DNA of 64,000 nt, taken from Candidatus Sericytochromatia bacterium. Its GTDB lineage: Bacteria; Cyanobacteriota; Sericytochromatia; UBA7694. The translations under genes were made by a program, and so were the position numbers. How positions within the stretch are numbered: position 1 is the stretch's first letter; every line of letters begins with the position of its first letter. Location: contig CAXRDE010000005.1 in the NCBI GenBank assembly GCA_964229355.1, forward strand, positions 37,131-101,130, in the 5' to 3' direction. Shown here in pieces: positions 17,735-25,614 of the stretch. A model generated the notes under the pieces. It had not been told where the DNA came from and did not search any database. It saw only the letters and a program-made list of their open reading frames with translations.

Positions 17735-19492
17735 ATGAGCACCCCCCATAAAGATCCATTGCGTGCCCTGGGCAGCAGGGTGCTGCGCCAAATTGCACGG
17801 CATTTAAAAATTAAGCATTATTACCGCAAATCCCCGTCTAAACTGCGTCGTGCCATTCATCGTGTCTGCGAGCGCCAGCACGGTCCCCAGGCTCTGGAAG
17901 CCATGAACCAATTGATACACCGCTTTCAGGGTGAAAGCACCGTCGAACCCCAAACCGGCCTGCAGGCTGCCGTCGAAGCCTTAAGGGATCCCCTGGCCTT
18001 GCCCCCACTCCCGCCCCCTGCATCACCCCCTCTCAAAAAGCCCCTGAAAAACATTCAGGCCCTCGAAGACCAAATCGAAGCCCGTCGCGCTGCCGAACGT
18101 AAAGCCATTGAAGAACACCGCCTGCGCTACCTCTTTAGCCCCTCTCAATTTGTGCACAAAGGCACTCACGAAGAATATATCTTAGAAAAAGACGAAGACA
18201 TCGAATTGCCCGACTACTACGCCGAACAAGAGCTGGTGGCGCTGCCTATTGACCCTTATCGCTACTACGTTTACTGGGATTTTGATACGCCCTTACAGGC
18301 TGAAGTCGAGAGCCTCATGAAACAGGCCCCGGACGTTTTTATGCTCAAGGTGTCCGATGTCACCGGCATTCAGTACACCGGAGACAACGCCCTGGCGGTG
18401 AGTTGGGAGCCCTGTAATCCGCTGATCAAGGAGTGGTATCTCAATACAGACTGGCACGATCGCCATGTGTGTGTCGAACTGGGTCACCGTCATGCCAAAG
18501 GCTTTAAAGTCCTTTTGCGCTCGAACGTAATCCACATTCCACCCGCAAGCGTCTCATCGGTGCGTTTGGATCGCTTTGCTGAGTTTGTGCCCGCACAACC
18601 CGTGGCTACCGACCGCATTGTCACCGAAGAGCCACAGCTCAGTACCAGCCAGGTGCCCATAGAAACTGCGGCTCAGGAGCTGGTGGGCGCTTTCTTCGAA
18701 AGCTACACCCCCACACCGGTGCAGTTTAACCCCATCCCGCCTGCCCGCAGCAGCGAAGCACGTCCTGTAGCCTCCCCACCACAGCCTGTCCAGCGTGTAG
18801 CCCCCCCTGCGCCTCAGGCTACCGCACCCGCAGAACACACTCCAACACCTGCAGCACCGCCCGTCATTCACTGGCGTCCTGCGCCCAGCCGCGCGGTGTT
18901 CTTAAAGCCCCCAGAACCCACAAAGGCCGAGCAAAGCCCTGAGCAAGCGCCGGCAACCCCTCAGTTGATGCCTACACAAGGCATGGATACCCACGAAACC
19001 GAACACTGGCTCAGCACCGCCGGGGGTCAACACATCCAGCAATGGCTGGGTCTGCCCTACGACGTGCGCTGGTTCAGCGACTTCCCCGCTGAGGCCCTCC
19101 CGCTCATGTTTGAACAGTGGATCACCGATCCTTACGATCAGGCCCTGATGATTTCTTACGCCATTTGGCCCTGGGAAGTCACCGAATATCTGCCGCTGGG
19201 GGCCAGCGACTGGACACTACAGAAATTCCTGGGGGCCAGTTTATTCAGCTGGTTTAGACCCGCAGGCAGTGAGCGCATGATCCGTTGGCAGACCCAACCC
19301 GGCGGCAGTGAAAAAATCCACTGGCTACGTCCTCAGGGTGCTTCCGAACAGCACTGGTCGGGCAGCTTACAGCCCCTACGCGCCCAGAGCGCCCACCCCT
19401 GGGAAAGCTGGCCACCCGCACCGCCACAGCCAGTCCCCTCGACGCCGCCCGCGCTGTCGCTGGCTTCAGGAAGCGGGTATTTTCGCGCATGA
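17735..19492 (+). CDS. Rho_N / DUF4912-like proline-rich protein
   Basis: N-terminal LRALGSRVLRQIARHLKIKHYYRKSPSKLRRAI is a Rho-N-like motif; Pro-rich linker. Translationally coupled (ATGA) to the GH57 gene, the usual DUF4912 context. GGAG RBS 9 nt upstream of the ATG at 17735. Confidence 0.5.
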   Translation: MSTPHKDPLRALGSRVLRQIARHLKIKHYYRKSPSKLRRAIHRVCERQHGPQALEAMNQLIHRFQGESTVEPQTGLQAAVEALRDPLALPPLPPPASPPLKKPLKNIQALEDQIEARRAAERKAIEEHRLRYLFSPSQFVHKGTHEEYILEKDEDIELPDYYAEQELVALPIDPYRYYVYWDFDTPLQAEVESLMKQAPDVFMLKVSDVTGIQYTGDNALAVSWEPCNPLIKEWYLNTDWHDRHVCVELGHRHAKGFKVLLRSNVIHIPPASVSSVRLDRFAEFVPAQPVATDRIVTEEPQLSTSQVPIETAAQELVGAFFESYTPTPVQFNPIPPARSSEARPVASPPQPVQRVAPPAPQATAPAEHTPTPAAPPVIHWRPAPSRAVFLKPPEPTKAEQSPEQAPATPQLMPTQGMDTHETEHWLSTAGGQHIQQWLGLPYDVRWFSDFPAEALPLMFEQWITDPYDQALMISYAIWPWEVTEYLPLGASDWTLQKFLGASLFSWFRPAGSERMIRWQTQPGGSEKIHWLRPQGASEQHWSGSLQPLRAQSAHPWESWPPAPPQPVPSTPPALSLASGSGYFRA

Positions 19493-21120
19493 AGTTCAAT
19501 TTTCAATTGCCTGAAATGGAGCCCATCGGCTATCACGCCATGGTGCTCCACGCCCACTTGCCCTATGTGCGCCACCCGGAATACGACTACTTTCTCGAAG
19601 AACACTGGCTCTACGAAGCCATTACCGAAACCTATGTGCCCCTGTTGGTCATGTTTGAAAACCTCGTCAAAGATGGCATTGACTTCCGCCTGACCATGAC
19701 CATGACGCCCTCTTTGTTGGCCATGCTGGCGGATCCGCTCTTGCAAGATCGCTACCTGGTCTATATTGGCCGTCTGGTAGAACTGGCCGAAAAAGAAGTG
19801 GTCCGCACCCGCGGCGATAGCCAGTTTCACCCCCTGGCCCTGTACTATGCGGATCGTTTTAAGGCCACCTATACCTTGTTTAACGACACTTACCACCGCA
19901 ATTTGGTGGACGGCTTTAAAAAGTTCCAGGACTACGGCTGTTTGGAAATCGTCACCTGCTGCGCCACCCACGGCTTTTTGCCCCTGTTTCAAATGTACCC
20001 TGAAGCGGTACAGGCCCAGGTAGAAGTGGCCGCCCAGAGTTATCGCAAGCATTTTGACCGCTCTCCCCGCGGCATTTGGCTGGCCGAGTGTGGCTTTTAT
20101 CCGGGTGCTGACCGCTTCTTAAAGCAAGCGGGCATTGAGTTCTTTTTTACCGACACCCACGGCATTGTCAACTCCACGCCCCGCTCACGTTACGGGGCCT
20201 ATGCTCCCATTTTCTGCCCCGATACCGGCGTGGCCGTGTTCTGTCGCGATCGCGAATCTTCAGAACAGGTGTGGAGCTCTGAAGTGGGTTATCCCGGAGA
20301 CCACTATTTTCGGGAATACTACCGAGACATTGGCTATGACTTAGACTTTGACTATATCAAAGACTATGTACAGCCCGATGGCACCCGCAAAAACACCGGC
20401 ATTAAGTATTATCGGGTGACGGGTAAAACCGCTGAAAAGCAGCCCTATAACTTAGAAATGGCCCGCCAAAAAAGCGATATCTACGCCAGCCACTTTGTGC
20501 GCAGCCGCGCCGAGCAGCTCACCAATCTGGCCCATGTGTTCGCAGGTCATAAACCCCTGGTGTTATCGCCCTATGACGCAGAACTGTACGGGCACTGGTG
20601 GTTTGAAGGTCCTGAATGGCTGAATTTGGTCATGCGCAAAGCCGCCCACAACCAGTCCACCTATAAAATGACCACGCCCTACGAGTACTTGCTCAACAAC
20701 CCCACCCAACAGGTGGCCGAGCCGTCACCTTCAAGCTGGGGTGCCAACGGTTATAACAGCTTCTGGCTCAACGAAACCAACGACAAAATCTACCGTCACC
20801 TGCATAAGGCCACCGAGCGCATGATCGAACTGGCCTACCGTTTTCCTGAAACCGAGGGCATTACCGAGCGCGCCTTAAATCAGGCGGCCCGTGAACTGTT
20901 ATTGGCCCAGAGCTCTGACTGGCCCTTTATTATGAAAACGGGCACCATGGTGGAATATGCCGTCAAACGGGTCAAGACCCACCTGTACCGTTTTAACCAG
21001 CTGTACCAGGGCATTTACCGTCAAGAAATTGACCCCGAATGGCTCACCAAGGTGGAGTATTTAGACAATATCTTCCCGGATATTGACTACAGCGTCTACC
21101 GTCTCAAAAGGGCCGCGTAA
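19489..21120 (+). CDS. glycoside hydrolase family 57 (1,4-alpha-glucan branching enzyme type)
   Basis: GYHAMVLHAHLPYVRHPE N-terminal motif and overall GH57/DUF1957 architecture; 543 aa. Confidence 0.8.
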   Translation: MKFNFQLPEMEPIGYHAMVLHAHLPYVRHPEYDYFLEEHWLYEAITETYVPLLVMFENLVKDGIDFRLTMTMTPSLLAMLADPLLQDRYLVYIGRLVELAEKEVVRTRGDSQFHPLALYYADRFKATYTLFNDTYHRNLVDGFKKFQDYGCLEIVTCCATHGFLPLFQMYPEAVQAQVEVAAQSYRKHFDRSPRGIWLAECGFYPGADRFLKQAGIEFFFTDTHGIVNSTPRSRYGAYAPIFCPDTGVAVFCRDRESSEQVWSSEVGYPGDHYFREYYRDIGYDLDFDYIKDYVQPDGTRKNTGIKYYRVTGKTAEKQPYNLEMARQKSDIYASHFVRSRAEQLTNLAHVFAGHKPLVLSPYDAELYGHWWFEGPEWLNLVMRKAAHNQSTYKMTTPYEYLLNNPTQQVAEPSPSSWGANGYNSFWLNETNDKIYRHLHKATERMIELAYRFPETEGITERALNQAARELLLAQSSDWPFIMKTGTMVEYAVKRVKTHLYRFNQLYQGIYRQEIDPEWLTKVEYLDNIFPDIDYSVYRLKRAA

Positions 21121-21122
21121 CC

Positions 21123-22118
21123 ATGCAAGCCGTGCCGCTCAAGATTCTGGGTATGGGCAAATATCTGCCGCCCCGTCAGGTACTGTCATCGGATTTGGAA
21201 GTACGTATGGGCCTGAAACCCGGCTGGATAGCCAGCAAATCCGGGGTCGAAGTCCGCCACTGGGCCGAACACGAAAGCAATGCAGAGCTGGGGGCTCAGG
21301 CCCTGAACGAGGCCTTACACAATGCCGGGCTGGTCTATGAAGACCTGGATTTAATTATCAACGCGTCCGGCTCCTATGATCATCCCATTCCCGATACCTC
21401 ATGCCTGATTCAACGGGCCATGGGCAAAGGGCGCTCCGGCATTCCCAGCTTTACCGTGGACGCCACCTGCTTAAGCTTTATTGCCGCGTTAGATGTAGCT
21501 GCAAGCTTTTTGGCCTCAGGTCGCTACCAGCGCATTGCCATTGTCTCTGCCGAAATCGCCTCCCGTTCGCTGAATCTTGAAGAAAAAGAGAGTGCCAGCT
21601 TACTGGGCGATGGCGCCGCCGCAGCCATTGTGGGTCTGCCAGAAGTGGGTGAGACCTCAGCCTTTTTGCAAAGTCGCTTAGAAACCTATGGTGATGGGGC
21701 CATGTACACCTATGTCAAAGGCGGCGGCAATGTGCTGCACCCCAACGACACCCAGGGAGATCCTGCAGACTTTACCTTTCACATGGATGGGCCCAAAGTG
21801 CTGGGCATGGCCTTTAAATACCTGCGTCCTTTTTTAAAAACCCTCTTTCGTCCGCTGGGCTTTACCCTGAGAGACTGTGACTTTATTGTGCCTCACCAGG
21901 CCAGTCAGGGCGCCATCGATACAGCCCAGCGCCTGTTTCGTTGGCGCGAAGACCAGTTCATTAACCACCTGGCCACCCACGGCAATTGCATTGCGGCCTC
22001 CATTCCCATGGCCCTGTACGATGCCATTCAACAGGGCCGTATTCAGCGGGGCCATCGGGTGTGCCTTTTGGGTACCGGCGCGGGCCTGTCGATTGGTGGC
22101 CTGGTGTTTGTGTACTAA
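21123..22118 (+). CDS. 3-oxoacyl-ACP synthase III (FabH-like KAS III) family protein
   Basis: Cys-His-Asn triad context: SFTVDATCLSFIAALDVA, IVPHQASQGAID, GNCIAASIPMAL; 331 aa. Confidence 0.8.
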   Translation: MQAVPLKILGMGKYLPPRQVLSSDLEVRMGLKPGWIASKSGVEVRHWAEHESNAELGAQALNEALHNAGLVYEDLDLIINASGSYDHPIPDTSCLIQRAMGKGRSGIPSFTVDATCLSFIAALDVAASFLASGRYQRIAIVSAEIASRSLNLEEKESASLLGDGAAAAIVGLPEVGETSAFLQSRLETYGDGAMYTYVKGGGNVLHPNDTQGDPADFTFHMDGPKVLGMAFKYLRPFLKTLFRPLGFTLRDCDFIVPHQASQGAIDTAQRLFRWREDQFINHLATHGNCIAASIPMALYDAIQQGRIQRGHRVCLLGTGAGLSIGGLVFVY

Positions 22119-22133
22119 ATTCATGGCGGGCTT

Positions 22134-23324
22134 ATGAACATCTTGTTTACCGGTGGGCGCAGCCCCGCCACCCTGGCCCTTGTACGCCGCTTTGCCGAAG
22201 CGGGCCACCGTTGTGATGTGGCCGAGAGTCTGCAACCCAACCTGGCGGGTGCCTCTCGGGCCTGTGCCAAAAACTTTACGGTGCCCGCCCCCCGTCAGCA
22301 CACCGCCGCTTACCTGCGGGCCCTGCAAGCCATTATTATCGACCGGGATATTGCCCTGGTGATTCCCACCTGCGAAGAAACCTTTTACATTGCCCGACAC
22401 CGTGAACTGCTCGAAGGCACGGGCAAGGGTTGTGAAGTGTTTACGCCGGACATGGCCTGTCTCGAAGAACTGCACAGCAAATACCAGTTTAACCAATTGT
22501 TACAGCGTCTCAAACTGCCAGCCCCCGCCACCGAGCGCATTTGCGATCGGGCGCATCTCAAACGGCGTTTGCCCGAGTGGGGACAATACGTGCTCAAGGG
22601 TGAATACTCCCGTTTTGCCAGCGCGGTGTATATTAACGCGCCCTTGCACAAGGTGTACCAAAACATTCAACCCAGCCCCAGCACCCCCTGGGTTTTGCAA
22701 GAGTTTTTAAACGGCCCCCAGTTTTGTTCGTATAGCGTGGCCCGCCAGGGTGAACTCACCGCACACAGTGTCTACCCCACGGTCTACACCGCCGGTACCG
22801 GTGCCACCATTTACTTTGAATCGGTAGATATTCCCGAAATTGAACACATTGTGCGGGCCATTGTCAGCTATTTTGGCTATACGGGCCAAATTTCCTTTGA
22901 TTTTATCTTGCATAAGGGCCTCTACTACGCCATTGAATGCAATCCCCGCACCACCACCGGCACCTTTTTGTTTGCCAAAGAAGACGCCCTGCCCGGCGCT
23001 TTTTTGCCCATAAACCCCGGTGAAACCGCCCCACGACTCGCCAGACCCCTGGCCCGCCAGCCCGTGGCCCTGAGCATTGCCATGCTCGGTTATGCCATTC
23101 CCCAGAGCCCCTGGAAAACCCCCCGCATTCTCAAAGATCTGTGGCGGGCCCACGATCCCTTGATGGAATGGCAAGATCCCGGCCCCTTTTGGCAACAGTT
23201 TGGCATGATCTTTCAAACCCTGCAACGGGCCAAAAAAGCAGGTACTGACTTGCTTTCTGCCAGTACCCTCGATATTGAATGGAATGGCGAAAACTGTGCA
23301 TTGGACACCAAGCAAGAACCCTAA
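22134..23324 (+). CDS. ATP-grasp domain protein
   Basis: Rossmann-like N-terminus MNILFTGGRSPATLALVRRFAEAGH; central YVLKGEYSRFASAVY and FLNGPQFCSYSV and C-terminal YAIECNPRTT resemble an ATP-grasp fold. 16 bp downstream of the KAS-III gene. Confidence 0.6.
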   Translation: MNILFTGGRSPATLALVRRFAEAGHRCDVAESLQPNLAGASRACAKNFTVPAPRQHTAAYLRALQAIIIDRDIALVIPTCEETFYIARHRELLEGTGKGCEVFTPDMACLEELHSKYQFNQLLQRLKLPAPATERICDRAHLKRRLPEWGQYVLKGEYSRFASAVYINAPLHKVYQNIQPSPSTPWVLQEFLNGPQFCSYSVARQGELTAHSVYPTVYTAGTGATIYFESVDIPEIEHIVRAIVSYFGYTGQISFDFILHKGLYYAIECNPRTTTGTFLFAKEDALPGAFLPINPGETAPRLARPLARQPVALSIAMLGYAIPQSPWKTPRILKDLWRAHDPLMEWQDPGPFWQQFGMIFQTLQRAKKAGTDLLSASTLDIEWNGENCALDTKQEP

Positions 23325-23404
23325 GGGGTGCTATGCTGTGAACAAGAGACACTCAATATTTTTATTTTTTCTTACTATTTTTGTACACATAAGGAATCAG
23401 TTAC

Positions 23405-24346
23405 ATGACACCACTGGTTAGCATTAAAGTTTTCGGCGTTGGCGGCAGCGGCGGAAACACGATTAATCATATGCGCGCTGCCGCCTTTGAAGGGGTTGAG
23501 TTTATTGCGGTCAATACCGATGCTCAGGCCCTCTCCATGGTGGACGCTCAAGAACGCCTGCAAATTGGCGGCAAAGGCACCCGCGGCTTAGGCGCGGGCG
23601 GAAACCCCGAAGTGGGCATGAAAGCCTTTGAAGAAAGCCGTGAAGAAATCAGTCATTATTTACAAGACACCGACATGGTGTTTGTCACCTGCGGCATGGG
23701 CGGCGGTACCGGTACCGGCGCAGGCCCAGCCCTGGCCGAAATGGCCAAATCCATGGGCGCTTTGACCGTGGGCGTGGTGACCCGTCCCTTTATGTTCGAA
23801 GGCAAACGTCGCAAAGAACAAGCCGATGCAGGCATTCAGCGCATGCTCAACGCCGTGGATACCCTGATTGTGGTCTCCAACGACCGCTTGCTGCAAAGCA
23901 TGAAAGGCGGCCTGGCCGTTAAGAATGCCTTCCAGGAAGTGGACAACGTATTGTTGCAAGCCATTCAGGGCATTTCAGACATCATTAACATCCCCGGTTT
24001 GATTAACGTGGACTTCGCCGACGTGCGCGCCATTATGAGCGACGCAGGCGTGGGCGTAATGGGCGTGGGCGTCAGTTCCATGGATGTGGAAAACCCAGCC
24101 GTCGAAGCCGTTAAAAAAGCCATCGAAAACCCCTTGCTGGAGTACTCCATCGATGGTGCCACCGGCGTGGTCTTCAACATCACCAGCGGTCAGGACGTTT
24201 CTCTGCACGAAATCAACGAAGCAGCGGAAGTCATTTACAACACCGTCAACCCCGATGCCAACGTTATTTTTGGTACCGTCCTTGACGAAAACATGCGCGA
24301 TCAGGTCAAAGTGACCGTCATTGCCATTGTGGGCCGTCATTTATAA
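23405..24346 (+). CDS. ftsZ: FtsZ (tubulin-like GTPase) lacking the C-terminal linker/tail
   Basis: GGGTGTG signature, T7 loop NDRLL, high collinearity with FtsZ core. Ends right after the core (..[11 protein letters not shown]). RBS aaggaa upstream. Confidence 0.85.
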   Translation: MTPLVSIKVFGVGGSGGNTINHMRAAAFEGVEFIAVNTDAQALSMVDAQERLQIGGKGTRGLGAGGNPEVGMKAFEESREEISHYLQDTDMVFVTCGMGGGTGTGAGPALAEMAKSMGALTVGVVTRPFMFEGKRRKEQADAGIQRMLNAVDTLIVVSNDRLLQSMKGGLAVKNAFQEVDNVLLQAIQGISDIINIPGLINVDFADVRAIMSDAGVGVMGVGVSSMDVENPAVEAVKKAIENPLLEYSIDGATGVVFNITSGQDVSLHEINEAAEVIYNTVNPDANVIFGTVLDENMRDQVKVTVIAIVGRHL

Positions 24347-24374
24347 GATCTTAACCGTCTAAGATAAGCAGAAA

Positions 24375-24408
24375 AGCCACGAATCTCTCAAGAATTCGTG
24401 GCTTTTTC
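24375..24408. terminator. bidirectional rho-independent terminator
   Basis: Perfect 9-bp stem gccacgaat/attcgtggc, then TTTTT on the plus strand and an A/T run on the minus strand. Lies between convergent ftsZ and the attH-like gene. Confidence 0.7.
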
Positions 24409-24417
24409 TATGAAAGC

Positions 24418-25614
24418 TCAGCGCGGTGCCCGTTGCGTACGATCCCCATAGCCCGTCAACTCCACATAGCCCTGCCCCGTTAAAGGCTGCTTGCCTGCCT
24501 GTCCTTTGAGCGTCACGGCCCCTTCCCAATAGGTAAAATCCAGGCGAAGCTCCTGATCGGCCTGGCGGGGTGTGACCGTCAAATCCAGTTGCTGGGCGGG
24601 CACCTTCAAACGCCATTGTGAGGGGTAGCGAATACCGGTTTGGGGACTGGTCCAGTACTCCAGCGGCACAATGCGAAAGTCCGTCGCCTGAAGCGGGGTG
24701 GTGCGGCCATCGGCCGCAATAAGGGTTCCTGAGGACACCGGGTCGACCGTGCCATCTTGACGCCGCAATTGGTAAAGCATCAGCTCGCGCTGATCGTCCA
24801 ATTGCAGCGAAAACCAATCCCAGCCCACCTGTTCAGGGGCCAGGGCACTCGTGCTCCACTCCCGATCCAGCCAGCTCAGACCGGTCAACGCAAGGGGGAG
24901 CGTTGGGGCTGCGTTGGACTCTGACTTCCAGGTGAGTGTCCCACGGGTATCCAGACGGGTCCGCGAGTAGTAATACGAGGCGTTGCCCGGCTGACTGCTT
25001 TTGGGGCTGAGGCCCTGCTGGCCTTGCAAGACCTCAGGCTTTTGCGACTGTACCGTTAAATCCAGACGCAGGGCATCGTCCTCGGCCTGCAAACGAAAGC
25101 CTTCAGCGGTGCGTTGAATCTGCCAGTCTTCAATCCAGACCCGCTGCGGGCTTGCCCCCGCCAGACCTGCGGCCCCACGGCTTAAGCGCTGCGAAGCAAA
25201 AAAGCGCTGTCGGGGAATATCGCTAAAGGCAAAATGAGCAAAATACACCTGTCGCGATGCCCAGTCTGAGGTGCGCTCCGGCATGTCCGACTGCAGAGCC
25301 CGGCGAAAAATCGTGAGCTGGTAACCGTAATTTTGCTGTGGGTTCTGCGCATCCTGGAGATTTCCCGTGTAGTACCACCACTCCGTCTGAAAGTCGAGGT
25401 GGGGGCCGTCATCCTGAGGGAAGACAAAGGCGCGCGGGGCTAACGCCCGTGCAAAACCCTGATCGGCAGGTGCAGACATGGCCTCAGCTACCGATTGACC
25501 TTGCTGGGCGTCTACAGAAGGATCCGAAGTCCGGGGCGAACAGGCTCCACACAACAGCAGCCCCACCCCCAGGGTCCGCAACAGGATTTTTAAAACAGCA
25601 CCTTGATACCTCAT
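24418..25614 (-). CDS. AttH-like lipocalin-fold lipoprotein (CrtC/hydroxyneurosporene-synthase-like domain)
   Basis: Signal peptide MRYQGAVLKILLRTLGVGLLLCGAC; FPQDDGPHLDFQTEWWYYTGNL is the AttH/CrtC-like motif. ATGA overlap with the upstream permease. Start at 25614, not the ORF-track 25761. Confidence 0.7.
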   Translation of the reverse strand: MRYQGAVLKILLRTLGVGLLLCGACSPRTSDPSVDAQQGQSVAEAMSAPADQGFARALAPRAFVFPQDDGPHLDFQTEWWYYTGNLQDAQNPQQNYGYQLTIFRRALQSDMPERTSDWASRQVYFAHFAFSDIPRQRFFASQRLSRGAAGLAGASPQRVWIEDWQIQRTAEGFRLQAEDDALRLDLTVQSQKPEVLQGQQGLSPKSSQPGNASYYYSRTRLDTRGTLTWKSESNAAPTLPLALTGLSWLDREWSTSALAPEQVGWDWFSLQLDDQRELMLYQLRRQDGTVDPVSSGTLIAADGRTTPLQATDFRIVPLEYWTSPQTGIRYPSQWRLKVPAQQLDLTVTPRQADQELRLDFTYWEGAVTLKGQAGKQPLTGQGYVELTGYGDRTQRAPR

